Below are positions 35,386-48,850 of a stretch of DNA of 64,000 nt, one piece after another. Within the stretch, counting starts at the first letter, position 1. Each line of letters begins with the position of its first letter. The notes beneath the pieces are model-generated. The model made no database searches. It was not told the origin of the DNA and was given only the letters and a program-made list of their open reading frames with translations. A program made the translations under genes and the position numbers. Where the stretch lies: positions 107,882,001 to 107,946,000 of the forward strand of contig CM059432.1 in assembly GCA_030390025.1 (NCBI GenBank), in the 5' to 3' direction. The stretch is from Squalus acanthias. Taxonomy: Eukaryota.

Positions 35386-36087
35386 TCCCTACAAGCGCCG
35401 CTCACCGCTGGAAGTGTGGAAGTTGAGACTGCACTAACTCATTTCACAAAGGACTTGGGTTGAGACTGCATAAACTCATTTCACAGGGGACTTTATAATT
35501 GGCAAAGGAGGAGACATTCATCTTGTTGATCTGGGATCATCACAAACCCAGGTTAGGTCTGGAAGGAAGTGCTCAAACTCACCGCCTAGAGAGAGGCAGA
35601 ATTCATTTGTAAATTTTTTATTTGTGGTTATACTAAAATGCACTTGTGCTACTAAATACACAACAAGCACAAGTTAGTTGCTTGGATTAAAAACCACAGA
35701 AAAGTATCAATCGAATTTCTACAAAGAACAAATTCTCCAACATTTGAGGCAGAACTGTCAAAAATTCAGCTACTCCCACAAAATAATGAAACTCGCTAAC
35801 ATTTTGCATCCCTTCAGAATATTTTTGCACTAAACCTTCGGAATTTCAGTTCTTCTTCCCGACAGACACCTTTCTTCCTGCACATGCACAAGAGTCAGGA
35901 AATAATAACAACATTTCATTATGAGCAAACTTTCCAACTTGAACATTCAATGGATCCTTATGTTTCATTAACATTTTTCTAATTGCCCGTTCTCAGTGTA
36001 ATTTGAAAATAGTGTGAAAAAGAACCTTCAAGAGAATTGTTCAATTGGAACATAAGCAGATATATTTAGTGTATGATTTCTGCTTAC

Positions 36088-36189
36088 CTGATCTTCTACT
36101 ATCTCAGATGGAATCACTAACACAATGTCTCCACGCTGTAAGTTAAGCTCATCTGCATTGGCAGCTTCAAAGTTATGGACTGTTTCAAC
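36088..36189 (-). CDS. AMPH: Amphiphysin penultimate exon (SH3 N-terminal half)
   Basis: ttttccaacag|GTT...CAG|gtaagc, 102 nt; VETVHNFEAANADELNLQRGDIVLVIPSEIVEDQ. Confidence 0.95.
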
Positions 36190-36374
36190 CTGTTGGAAAA
36201 TTCAACAATAAAATGTCTGCTCTCATTGCTAATCCTCCACAACAAGGTCCACTTCATCTTGTACTAATCTCAACAGCCACATACCGGATTACTACGTCAA
36301 CTTTCAGCCTGCAGTGTTCTGAGAGTCCAGTAAACACACCTCTAATATTTACAGAGAAAGAAAGCTTGTTAATT

Positions 36375-36795
36375 GTCAGCCTTGGCTCAGTGGTACTTGA
36401 GTCAGAAGGTCGTGGGTTCAAGTCCCACTCCAGAGACTTGAGCACAAAATCTAAGCTGAAAATTCAGTACAGTATTGAACTGTCAGAGATGCCATTTTTT
36501 GGATGAGTGGCTCTGTCTGCCCTCTCAGGTAGACATAAAAGATCGGATGGCACTTTGAAGAAAAGGAGGGGAGTTCTCCTAGGGTCCTGGCCAATATATA
36601 TCCCTCAACCAACATTACTTAAAACCAATTATCGGATCATTATCTCATTGCTGTTTGTATGACCTTGCTGTGCGCAAATGAGCTGCCGTCTTTGCCTACA
36701 TTACAACACTTCAAAAGTAATTCATTGGCTGTGAAGCACTTAGGGACATCCTGAGGTTGTGAAAGCCGCTATATAAATATAAGTTAATTCTTTCT
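36375..36795 (+). mobile_element. Deu-domain SINE
   Basis: A/B boxes, body and tail. Confidence 0.75.
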
Positions 36796-37966
36796 CTGAT
36801 ATTTACCCATTCGCATGGAAAGAAACTCCTGTTTAAACAATAGATAGCTTGTCTAAAAGGAATAGAATTTGGAGGTATGGTGGGGGGTGGGGCAAAGAGA
36901 ATATTTGCTGTTAAAATGAGTTGGCTAAGGGTAAGAAGGTTTAAAATGTATGTCTGAGTCAGAAAACACACTTCATGCCTGCCCTATTTTGGCAAAACGT
37001 AGTGAACACAAACGGTCTTTCTCAGCGTGCAAGGGCTAATTTTGTCATCCCGCTCTCCAGCAGGGAGAGCAGGTCAGAGATGTGGATCCAACACAGATTT
37101 AGTTGTGAAACATCTCTGATCTCAGCTACAATTGGCCTCTACAACTCTGGACTAACCAGTGGGGGAGCGAATCAGCCAGTGAAATGTTATTCAGGGACCT
37201 GCCCGGAAAGTTATCTATATTTGCTGATGACACAAAAGTCCACTGGAGCAGAGAAGGCTAAGAGGAAATTTAATAGAGGTATTTAAAATTAGGAATGGTT
37301 TTGATCATGTGAATAAGGAAAAACTATTTCCTCTGGTTGGAGGTCAGTGACAAGAGGTCATCAATTTAAAATTCTCAATAAGAGACTGAGGAGAGAGGTT
37401 AGGAGACATTTCTGGAGCATGGAATGCTTTTCCACAGGGAGTTGTTGAGGCAGAGACTGTTGCATCTTTTAAATGGGTAAATATTTGGAGCAGAGGCAGG
37501 TTTAGGGCCTTGAGGAGAGAACCGGGCAGTGGGATTAGTTTTGGATTGGTCTGGCAAAGAGCTGGCACAGACACGATGGGCCAAATGGCCTCCTTTTGTA
37601 TTTTAAACTTGTGTGTGTTTGTGGACTTCTGTTGAGGAAAGGATCCGGCTTGGATCTGCTTCCATCACAGTTCAATAGCCTGTGAACACTCACTCACATA
37701 TTCAGAATTCCAGTCTGGGGAAGATACTGGAGCACGATTGGCTCCTGTGGAACTGTACTCCAGTCTGAACTGGAGGGGAGGGCAGAAAAGTAGGAATGAA
37801 AGGAACTGAGTTGAGCTATCAGCTGGAGCTGTAAGCTATTGCAGTCGAAAAACAAATCTCTTTTGTAGCTGTTCAGTATGAAGTGATTTAAAAAAACTTT
37901 TACACAAACAGCTGATTAAGATACAGAGTCTTGCTTTTTAGTAGAAGAACGATAAGCAAATCTCAC

Positions 37967-38248
37967 CTTATACATGAACCCTGGGGGCATGCTCTGCGAC
38001 ATGGCAGCTTCAGCCTCAGGTGCACTCTGTTGCTGTGGGGCATTGGCGCTTTCTGCACTGACTTCTTGCCCAGTGCCAGCTGTGCTCATTTCCTCTGTCT
38101 GTTCCGGTGCAGTGGGTGCTGCGGGTGTCTTCACGTCCATGGCCGGCACCTGATCTGCTTCTTGCACATCCTGGGCTTCGTTCTCTGCAGGGCCCTGATC
38201 ATCTTCATTGTTGGATGCGGGCTCAACAACCACTGAAGGAACTGAAAC
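37967..38248 (-). CDS. AMPH: Amphiphysin exon preceding the SH3 domain
   Basis: tttgaaaag|GTT...AAG|gtgaga, 282 nt; VSVPSVVVEPASNNE...MPPGFMYK (cf. human PSVVIEPASN...LPPGFLYK). Confidence 0.9.
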
Positions 38249-38619
38249 CTTTTCAAAAGGCACAAAAGTCAAATGTAAAACATCTGTCATGTACAGAAGT
38301 CTCTCAAAGGTAATGTGCTATGCTATTCCAATTATCCGAAACAAATCAGATTGGGCTTTTGAGAACTTGCGTAATCTGTGATTGATTTTGCAATATTTGC
38401 TTCTGGTGTACAGTCTCTGTCACAGGGAACACTGAAAGAGAAATCGCTCACTGCAGGCAAGACCCTGCATTCAGAAAAATAGCCCTTTAATGTTGAGGTT
38501 TGGATAGATTGCCCAGGCACATAATTAATTCGAATGGATGCACTTCTGCATATTGCCAAAGAAAAAACAGGCTGCAGACAAAGGGTAGAACTGAACGTTG
38601 AGTAACAAAACGAGCAACA

Positions 38620-39900
38620 TCAACAACAACAACAACTTGTATTTATATAGCACCTTTAACGTAGTAAAACATCCCAAGGCACTTCACAGGAGCATTATAA
38701 AACAAAATTTGACACTGAGCCACATAAGGATAAATTAGGGCAGATGACCAAAACTTGGTCAAAGAGGTAGGTTGTAAGGTGTGTCTCTAAAGAGGAAAGA
38801 GAGGTAGAGAAGCGGAGAGGTTTAGGGAGGGAATTCTAAAGCTTAGGGCCTTGGCAGCTGCAGGCACGGCCACCAATGGTGAGCGATTAAAATCAGAGAT
38901 GCTCAAGAGGCTAGAATTAGAGGAGCGCAGATATCTCGGGGGGTTGTGGGGCTGAAGGAGATTACAGAGATAGGGAGGGGCGAGGCCATGGAGGGATTTG
39001 AAAACAAGGATGAGAATTTTAAAATCGAGGCGTTACTTAACCGGGAGCCAATGTAGATCAGCAAGCACAGGGGTGATGGGCGAACGGGACTTGGTGTGAG
39101 TTAGGACACGGGCAGCAGAGTTTTGGATGACCTCAAGTTTATGTAGGGTAGAATGTGGGAAGTCAGCCAGGAATGCGTTGGAAAAGTCAAGTCTAGAGGT
39201 AACAAAGGCAAGGATGAGGGTTTCAGCAGAAGATGAGCTGAAGCAGGGGCTGAGTCAGGTGATGTTACGGAGGTGGAAATAGGCGGTCTTAGTTATGGCG
39301 CAGATATGTGGTCGGAAGCTCATTTTAGGGTCAAATATGACACCAAGTTTGCGAACAGTCTGGTTCAGCCTCAGACAGTTGCAAGGGAGAGGAATGGAGT
39401 TAGTGGCTAGGAAACTGAATTTGTGGCGGGGACCGAAGACAATGACTAATATTTAGTTGGAGGAAATTTCTACTCATCCAGTACTGGATGTCGGACAAGC
39501 AGTCTGACAAGTTAGAGACAGTGGAGGGGTTGAGAGAAGTGGTGGTGAGGTAGAGCTGGGTCTCGTCAGCATACAAGTGGAAACTGATGCTGTGTTTTCG
39601 GATGATGTCGCCGAGGGGCAGCATGTAGGTGAGAAATAGGAGGGAGCCAAGGATAGATCCTTGGGGGACACCAGAGGTAATGGTGCGGGAAGAGAAGTCA
39701 TTGCAGGTGATTCTCTGGCTATGATTAGATAGATAAGAATGGAGTCAGGTGAGTGCAGTCCCACCCAGCTGGACGACGGTGGAGAGGCGTTGGAGAAGGA
39801 TGGAGTGGTCAACCGTGTCAAAGGCTGCAGACAGGTCAAGAAGGACGAGGAGGGATAGTTTACCTTTGTCACAGTCACATAGGATGTTAGTGTGACTTTG
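38620..39900 (-). mobile_element. L2 LINE, 5'-truncated
   Basis: GVPQGS.L, SFHLYADETQLY and LSDCLSDIQYWMSRNFLQLN motifs; (CAA)n tail at 38620. Confidence 0.9.
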
Positions 39901-39978
39901 ATTACATCTTTCCGTTCTACGATTTCCACAGTTCTACTGTGGACAAGAAACAAGGGCAACAGGTGCATGGGAACACCA

Positions 39979-41520
39979 TAAGTTGCCTGGTCCGGATGGC
40001 TTGCATCCCAGGTTGCTAGGGGAAGTGGGGGTGGAGATAACAGATGGGCTTGCCATAATATTCCAATCTTCCCTAGATGCGGGGGAGGTGCCAGAGGATT
40101 GGAAAGTGGCAAATGTGACATCCTTGTTCAAGAAAGGGTGTAAGGACAATCCTAGTAACTACAGGCCGGTCAGTTTAACATCAGTGGTAAGGTTTTAGAA
40201 ATAATAATCAGGGAAAAAATTAACAGGCACTTGGAGAGGTTTAAGTTAATTAAGGAGATTCAGCATGGATTTGTAAAAGTGTTTTGATGAAGTAACAGAG
40301 AAGGTTGATGAAGGGAATGCAGTGGATGTTGACTATTGGATTTTAAGAAAGCGTTTGACAAAGTACCACATAAAAGGCTGGTTAACAAAATTGAGGCTCA
40401 TGGAATAGGAGGATCAGTGTCAGCTTGGATAAGAAATGGGTTTAAGGACAGAAAACAACGAGTCGTGGTAAATGGTTGTTTTTCAGACTGGAGGATGGTA
40501 GACAGTGGTGTTCCCCAAGGGTCAGTGCTGGGACCACTGCTTTTTTTGATATATATATATATATAAATAAATGATTTGGATATTGGAATACAGAATAACA
40601 TTTCAAAATTTGCTGATGATACCAAATTTGGAGGTGTGGCAAACAGTGAGGAGGATAACAATCAACTGCAACAGGACATAGAAAGGCTAGCAGAATGGGC
40701 AGACTAGTGACAGATGGAATTTAATACAGAGAAGTGTGAGGTGATGCATTTTGGCAGAAGGGATGGGGAGAGGCAATACAGTCTTAATGGCATAGTTCTA
40801 AAGAGTGTGCAGGGACAGAGGGACCTGGGGGTTCATGTGCATAGATCTTTTAAGGTGGCAGGACATATTGAGAGAGTGGTTAGCAAAGCATATGGGATCT
40901 TGGGCTTCATAAATAGAGGTATTGAGTACAAAAGCAGGGAAGTTATGTTGAACCTTTATAAAGCTCTGGTTAGGCCACAACTGGAGTATTGCGTCCAGTT
41001 CTGGTCACCACACTTTAGGAAGGATGTGAAGGTCCTTGAGAGTGTGCGGAGGAGATTTACCAGAATGGTTCTGGGGATGAGGGATTTTAGCTACAAGGTT
41101 AGGTTGGAGAAGCTGGGGTTGTTCTCCTTGGAGCAAAGGAGGTTGAGGGGAGATTTGATAGAGGTGTACAAGATTATGACGGGTTTGGATAAGGTAGACA
41201 GAGAAAAGCTGTTCCCATTAGCTGATGGTACAAGGACTAGGGGACACAGATTTAAGGTTTTGGGCAAGAGAAACAGGGGGGATGTGAGGAAGAACTTTTT
41301 TACGCAGCAAGTGGTAATGACCTGGAAGTCACTGCCGACGAGGGTGGTGGAAGCGGAGACACGCAATGATTTCAAAAGGAAATTGGATAGGCACTTGAGG
41401 GAAATAAATTTGCAGGGCTACGGGGATAGAGTGGGGGAATGGGACTGACTGGATTGCTCTACGGAGAGCTGGCATGGACTCGATGGGCTGAATGGCCTCC
41501 TTCTGTGCCGTAATGACTAT
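39979..41520 (+). mobile_element. CR1 LINE, 5'-truncated, nested in another LINE fragment
   Basis: [35 protein letters not shown] and KFADDTK motifs. Flanked by GAACACCA at 39971-39978 and 41521-41528. Confidence 0.92.
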
Positions 41521-41749
41521 GAACACCACCTCCAAGTCGCACACCATTCTGACTTGGACATATATTGCCGTTCGTTCATCGTTGCTGGGTCAAAATTCTG
41601 GAATTCCTTACTTAATAGCAGTGTGAGAGTACCTTCACCACATGGACTGCAGCAGTTAAAGAAGGTGGCTCACCACTACCTTCTCATGGACAACTAGAGA
41701 TGGGCAATAATGGGCAATCGCCAGCGACACCAATATCCCGAGAATAAAT

Positions 41750-42660
41750 CTTGGCTTCTAAATTGTCAGACTGCTTGTCCGACATCCAGTTCTGGATGAG
41801 CAGAAATTTTCTCCAATTAAATATTGGGAAGACCGAAGTCACTGTTTTCGGTCCCCGCCACAAACTCCGTTCTCTAGCCACTGACTCCTTCCCTCTCCCT
41901 AACATCTGTCTGAGGCTGAACCACACTGTTCGCAACCTTGGTGTCATATTTGACACTGAAATGAGCTTCCGACCACATATCAGCAGCATAACTAAGACTG
42001 CCTATTTCCACCTCCGTAACATCGCCCATCTCCGACCTTGCCTCAGCTCATCCACTGCTGAAACCCTCATCCATGTCTTTGTTACCTCTAGACTTGACTA
42101 TTCCAATGCACTCCTGGCTGGTCTCCCACATTCTACCCTACGTAAACTTGAGGGCATCCAAAACTCGGCTGCCCGTGTCCTAACTCACATCAAGTCCCGT
42201 TCACCCATCACCCCTGTGCTCGCTGACCTACATTAGCTCCCCGTTAAGCAATGCCTCGATTTCAAAATTCTCATCCTTGTTTTCAAATCCCTCCATGGCC
42301 TCGCCCCTCCCTATCTCTGTAATCTCCTTCAACCCTACAACCCCGCGAGATATCTGCGCTCCTCTAATTCTGCCCTCTTGAGCATCCCTGATTATAATCG
42401 CTCAACCATTGGTGCCTTCTGTTGCCTAGGCCCTAAGCTCTGGAATTCCCTGCCTAAACCTCTCTGCCTCTCTACCTCTCTTTCCTCCTTTAAGACACTC
42501 CTTAAAACCTACCTCTTTGACCAAGCTTTTGGTCACCTGCCCTAATTTCTCCATAAGTGGCTCGGTGTCAAATTTTTTGTCTTTTAATACTCCTGTGAAG
42601 CGCCTTGGGACATTTTACTATGTTATAGGCGCTATATAAATACAAGCTGTTTTTGTTGTT
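41750..42660 (+). mobile_element. L2 LINE, 5'-truncated
   Basis: ORF 41751-42236 has NFLQLNIGKTE...SRLDYSNALLAGLP; (TTG)n tail. Confidence 0.9.
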
Positions 42661-42724
42661 GAGAATAAATTGAAAAAAACTTGTGTCAACTTGACCCAGT
42701 TGGTCGTACTAAAAAGGTTGTGGG

Positions 42725-43180
42725 TTCAGCCATAGCTCAGTAGGTAGTTCTCTCGCCTCTGAGTCAAAAGGTTGTGGGTTCAAGTCCCACTCCAGAGACT
42801 TGAACGGAAAAATCTAGGCTGATACTCCAGTGCAGTACTGGGGGAGTGCTGCACTGTCGGAGGTGCCATCTTTTGGATGAGATGTTAAGCCGAGGCTCCA
42901 TCTGCCCTCTCAGATGGACGTAGAAGATCCCACTGCACTATTCAAAGACGAGCAGGGTGTCCTGGCCAATATTTATCCATCAATTAACATCACAAAAACA
43001 GATTATCTCATTGTTATCACATTGCTGTTTGTGGGATCTTGCTGTGCACATATTGGCTGCCGTGTTTCCTACATTAAAACAGTGACTACACTTCAAAATG
43101 TACTTCATTGACTGTACAGCACTTTGGGATGCCTGAGGTTGTGAAAAACACTATATAAATGCAAGTCTTTCTTTCTTTTC
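42725..43180 (+). mobile_element. Full-length Deu-domain tRNA-SINE
   Basis: A box tagctcagtaggtag, B box ggttcaagtccc, tail ataaatgcaagtctttctttc. Confidence 0.8.
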
Positions 43181-43351
43181 AAGCCACTCTCCAGTACTTA
43201 AGAGCATGGGGGTAATTTTGTACGGTTCCACTCCCAGAAGAGAGCCTCACTATGAGTGAACATGGGACAGAAAATGGGGGCTACAATGTCATAGGCTTAT
43301 ATTAGCCACTGCGGTCACTGCTAGCAAGGGTCCACAGCCCCCATTACTAAC

Positions 43352-44062
43352 ATGAGAAGTCGCACAACACCAGGTTATAGTCCAACAGATTTATTTAAAA
43401 TTACAAGCTTTCGGAGCTGTCGCTCCTTCCTCAGGTAGAGTAGCTGTGAGAGAATCTCCCAGAATTCACAATATAAACACAGAAAAAATGTATTCAAATC
43501 TTTCCCTACATCAAAGACACACTAAGAGCACAGCCAAGACAATGAGATGTGTCCCAGGGGGTCCAACGTGTCAAAACACCTGCTGGCTGCATATCCTCTG
43601 CAATTGACTTTGGTTCTTGTGTTAGTTTTTTTTAAAAAAAAAGGCTGGAAAGACCGGCCATGATGTCAAGTCACATTCTGTATCGTGACATGAACCCGAT
43701 ATCGCGATTGAGGCCATCCTCATGAGTGCGGAACTTGGCTATCAGTTTCTGCTCTATGATTTTGCGCTGTCGTGTATCCCGAAGGCCGCCTTGGAGAACG
43801 CTTACCCGCAGATCCGAGGCTGAATGCCCCTGACTGCTGAAGTGTTCCCCGACTGGGAGGCAACCCTCCTGCCTGGCGATTGTTGCGCGGTGTCCGTTCA
43901 TACGTTGTCTCAGTGTCTGCATGGTCTCGCCACAGCTACTCTACCTGAGGAAGGAGCGACAGCTCCGAAAGCTTGTAATTTTAAATAAATCTGTTGGACT
44001 ATAACCTGGTGTTGTGCGACTTCTCATTTTTGTCCACCCCAGTCCAACATCTCCACATCATG
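43352..44062. mobile_element. Penelope-like element: inverted GIY-YIG 3' end plus pseudo-LTRs with hammerhead cores
   Basis: 12-bp TSD cccattactaac (43340-43351, 44063-44074). ~95-bp inverted arms (43352-43447 / 43931-44028). ORF 43671-43922 QTLRQRMNGHR...VGEHF...EQKLIAKFRTHEDGLN is a GIY-YIG C-terminus. Confidence 0.9.
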
Positions 44063-44584
44063 CCCATTACTAACGTTAGCCTTGACTCAATGGTAGCGCT
44101 TTTGCTTCTGAGTCATGAAGGTCGTGGGTTCAAGACGCACTCTAGAAATTTGAGCACATAACCAAGACACACCCAACAGTTTGTCTGGAATGTGTAATTA
44201 GATCCTGCCTGCCGGAGAGTAATCAAGGTCTTTGCAATGTATAATTTAATCCATTCATTGTGACAGCCAGGCTCCAGAGCTCACAGTGCTAACACTACTG
44301 CTTTCAGAGAAGAGACAGGGCTCACCCTCCTGGGTTAGGAGTCCTCACAGTGCTCACACTGCCGAGTTCAGATAGGAAGGGGTGAGGTCATGGAGGGATT
44401 TTAACATGAGGATGATAAAATCAAGGTGTTGGTGGACAATGTTTTCCCTAATTTATTTTGGGTGCGCGGCCCCTCCAAAAGCCGGTAAGAGGCCTGTGCG
44501 GGACCTCCAGACAGCTGCGCGGCTGTGCAGCTTAGCGGGAACGTTTATGGTGGACCATGAGCCAATGTAGGTTAACGAGCACTG

Positions 44585-45100
44585 TCATTTTAATTCTCCG
44601 CTCCACTCCCACTCTGACCTCTCTGTCCTCGGCCTCCTTCACTGTTCCAATAGAGCTCAACGTGAGGTCGAGGAACAGCACCTCATTTTTCGATTCGGCA
44701 CTTTACAGCCTTCCGGACTCAACACTGAGTTCAACAATATCAGATCATAACCTCTGCCCCCATTTTTTTGGACAACAGGTGCTGATTCTGCTATTCTTAT
44801 TTACACCTCTTATAGACTGATCTTTTGTTTCTTTACTTTTCCCATTACCACCCCCTTTTGCCTTGCACCATCATCCCTTTTGTCAGTTAATCTTTCTAGC
44901 CTTCCATCCTATCACAGACCTTCCTTTTTGTCCTTTCCTTCCATCCCCCTTTCCCTGCCCCTGTACTTGCTTAAAACCTGTTACATCTGTAACATTTTCC
45001 AGTTTTGATGAAAGATCATCAACCTGAAACGTTAACTCTGTTTCTCTTCTACAGATGCTGCCTGGCCTGCTGAGTATTTCCAGCATTTTCTGTTTTTATA
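44585..45100 (+). mobile_element. Second Penelope-like family, 3' end
   Basis: HFNSPLHSHSDLSVLGL...EEQHLIFRFGTLQPSGLN (GIY-YIG C-terminus), followed by a decayed hammerhead-like core tTGATGAaagatcatcaacctGAAAcgtt at ~45005-45033. Confidence 0.75.
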
Positions 45101-45608
45101 TCATTAGCGTTTTTGGGATGTGCTGTGTGCAGAATGGTTTGGTCTTTAGCTACGTAACAACAGTGAATGCACTTCAAAACAATTCATGTATACAGATGGG
45201 GCCTCCTGAAGAATAAATGCAAGCACTTTATATACAGCCGATTATTCTGTCAGATGAAACTTGTAGAACAAAACCTGTTCCATCCCTACACACACAAATA
45301 TAAATCAGTTAATTAGCAAGAACGTGGTCTTCATCTCTTCAAACACAGCTCCCAATTCGGTTGAGATTGTATTGTGCAGAAGCAGCAATGCGAGTGTTGC
45401 TTTAAGAAACAAAGAGAAGGAGGTGGCCAGAAGTCCTTGTCCCTTCCAGTGAACTCTGGTGGAAATGTCACAAAGTGATGGCAATTATGCTGCATCCCAG
45501 ATTTGCCCTAGCTTAATGCCAGGGATTCTACAGGGCGTTGTAAGGGTTAGAACTCTGCCCGACCCTTGTAAGTCCGGCAGCATAGGAGGAGAATGCGCTG
45601 GGGGCAGG

Positions 45609-47348
45609 AACATAGAACAGGAGTAGGTAATTTAGCCCCTCGAGCCTGTTCCACCATTGAATGAGATCATGGCTGATCTGCGACCTAACTCCATATTGCC
45701 CCATATCCCTTAATACATTTGGTTAACAAAAATCTATCAATCTCAGATTTAAAATTAACAATCGACCTAGCATCAATTGTCGTTTGCAGAAGAGAGTTCC
45801 AAACTTCTACCACTTGTATGTAGAAGCGTTTCCTAATTTCACTCTAATTTTTAGACTATGCCCCCTAGTCCTAGAATCCCCAACCAGCGGAAATAGTTTC
45901 TCTCTATCTACCCTATCAGTTCCACATTACGTCTTGAAAACTTTGATCAAATCACTCCTTTACCTTCTAAATTCCAGGGAATACAACCCTAGTTTGTGTA
46001 ATCTCTTCTTGTGATTTAACTATTGGAGTCCAGGTATCATTCTAGTAAATCTACATTGCACTCCCTCCAAGGCCAATATTCCTTCCTAAGGTATGGTGCC
46101 CAGAACTGCTCACAGTACTCCAGGTGTGGTCTAACAGGGTTTTGTACAGCTGCAGCATAACTTCTACCCCATTGTATTCTAGTCCTCTAGATATGAAGGC
46201 CAGCATTCCATTAGCCTTTTTCATTATTTTCTGTACCCGTCCATGACATTTTAATGATCTATGTACCTGGACCCCCAAGTCTCTTTGGACTTCCACTGTT
46301 TTTAGCTTTCCACCATTTAGAAAGTACACTGTTCTAAACTTTTTTTAAATGGATGACCGTACATTTGTCTACATTGGAATCCATTTGTCACAGTTTTGAC
46401 CATTCGCTTAATCTATTAATATCTCTTTGTAATTTTATGCTTCTATCTACACTGCTAACAATGCTGCCTATCTTTGTGTCATTGGCAAATTTGGACATGT
46501 GGTGTTCTATCCCATCATCTAAGTCGTTAATAAACACGGTGAATAGTTGAGGCCCCAAAACAGATCCTTGCGGGACACCGCAAGTTTGTGTAATCTCTCC
46601 TCGTAATTTATTCCTTGGAGTCCAATCCTGCCAATTAGCGTACCTACCCATTATCCCTGTCTCTGTCTCCTACCGCTCAGCCAATTTCCTAACCAGGTCA
46701 ATAATTTGCCTTCAATTCCATGAGCTTCTACCTTTAGTTAACAGTCTCTTATGTGGGACTTTATCAAATGCCTTCTGGAAGTCCATATAAATAATATCCA
46801 TAGACATTCCCCTGTCCACTACTTTAGTCACCTCTTCAAAAAATTCAATCAGGTTCATCAGGCATGATGTACCCTTTACATATCCATGCTGGCTCTCTGA
46901 TCAGCTGAAAATTTTCGAGGTGTTCAGTCACCCTACCCTTAATTATAGACTAGTAATTTTCTGACAACAGATGTTAGGCTAACTGGTCTATAATTCCCTG
47001 GTTTCCCTCTCTCACCTTTCTTAAATAGTGGAGTGACATGCGCAATTTTCCAATCTAAAGGAACGGTTCCTGAATCAAGAGAACTTTGGAAGATTATAGT
47101 TAGGGCATCTGCAATGTTCTCACCTACTTCCTGGGGTGGAAACCATCTGGTCCTGGGGATTTGTCACTCTTCAGTGCCATTATTTTCTTCATTACTGTTA
47201 TTTTGCTTACGTTAATTCTATTGAGTCCCCGTCCCTGATTCAATATTAGTTTCCTTGGGAAGTCCGGCATGCTATCCTCTTCCTCTACTGTAAATACTGA
47301 CGCAAAGTAGTTTTCAACATGTCCAGCATTTCCTTATTTTCATTGACA
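45609..47348 (-). mobile_element. Decayed CR1 LINE
   Basis: [21 protein letters not shown]...KFANDTK and VQRDLGV motifs; many deletions. Confidence 0.88.
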
Positions 47349-48019
47349 GGGATTCTGTTCTGGGAATTCCTGTAACCCCAACCCTGGGAGGCACCCAATG
47401 TATCATTAGCAGTGCTGCAGCTGGTAGGTGTGCCAGACACTAACTAGGGTACAGTCCCCCCCCCCCCCCGCCCAGGGGGTCCAGGCTGGGCTCGTGGCTT
47501 GAACCCATGAAGAAGCAGTGAGCACTTAAAATGTAGGCCCTTTACAAAGCGAGTCACAGGGACACAATTTCCCATTTTTCGGTGGGGGGGGGGCAGAAGG
47601 TGGGGTTGAGTACTGACAACTTGCTCCCCCACCAATGTTCGCTTTAATTATTCTTTGGGTGCGCAGCCCCTTTAACGGGCTGCATGGCCCATTCAAATTC
47701 CCGCACATGCGTGTTTTTTCCATTTAAAAGCTGGTGCGCAGTCTGCGCGTGAGCTACAGACAGCTGCGTGGCCATGCAGCTCAACGGGAACATTGTCCCC
47801 CCACCCGCTGGAAACAAGCACACAAGCAGGTGCGTGTCCCAGATATGCCCCTAGGGGTGCAGGTGCAAGCTGGTGCAATGCAAGTAGGGAACCTCCCTTT
47901 GACCCCGGAAAGTATGCTCGAGTCAGCGGTGGAGGTTCCAGGTGGATGCGATCCTAGTACTTGCACCAAGGAGTTTCGGCCCTGACAAGTTCCATTCTTG
48001 GTTCACTGGCTAGAAACAA

Positions 48020-48850
48020 CACAAAACTTGCATTTATATAGCGCCATTAACATAGGAAAATATCCCAAGGCGCTTCACAGGAGCATAATCAGACACCATG
48101 CCAAATTGACACCAAGGCAAAGAAGAAGACATTAGGACAGGTGGCCAAAAGCTTGGACAAAGAGGTAGGTTTTAAGGATGGTCTTAAAGGAGATGGAAAG
48201 GCGGAGAGGTCTGGACAGGGAATTCCAAAGCTTATGGCCTAGATGGCTGAAGACACGGCCACTAATGGTGGGGTGAAGGAAGTGGAGAATGAACAAGAGT
48301 TGGAGGAATGCAGAGTTCTTGGAGGATTGTAGGGCTGGAGGAGGTTACCAAAGATAAGGAGGGGCGAGACCATGGAGGGATCTGAACATGTTAAAATTAA
48401 GATGTTCAGGAACCAATGTAGGTAGGAAATAATTTACATTTCTATAGCATCTTATTGTGTCCTCATGATGTCCCAAAATATTTAACAGTCAATTATGTAC
48501 TTGTGAAGTGTCATCACTGTTATGTAGGCAAATACAGCAGTCAATCTGTGCATAGCAGGGGTCCAGAAGCAGCAATGAGATGAATGACCAGATAATTTGT
48601 TGTTGGTGGTTGAGGGAGGAATTAGACTCTTCAAATAGTGCGATGGGATCTATTACGTTCACCTGAATAGGAATATGGAACCCTAGTTTAACGTCTTCTC
48701 TGAAAGACGGCACCGCCGACAATACACAGCACTCTATCAGTGCTGCACTGAAGTGTCAGCTGAGATTATATTCTCAAGAGCCGGAGTAGGGGATTGAGCG
48801 CACATCCATCCCGACTAAGAAGCAAGAGTGCTACCAACTGAGGCAAGCTG
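48020..48850 (-). mobile_element. L2 3' end (48020-48425) followed by a Deu-domain SINE (48425-48850)
   Basis: Reverse complements of the L2 and SINE copies at 41750-43180. Confidence 0.7.

Noticed and set aside
35421..35495. ~38-bp two-copy direct repeat (similar small duplications at 4405-4440 and 30008-30042)
   Set aside because: Ordinary slippage-type tandem duplications with no further structure.
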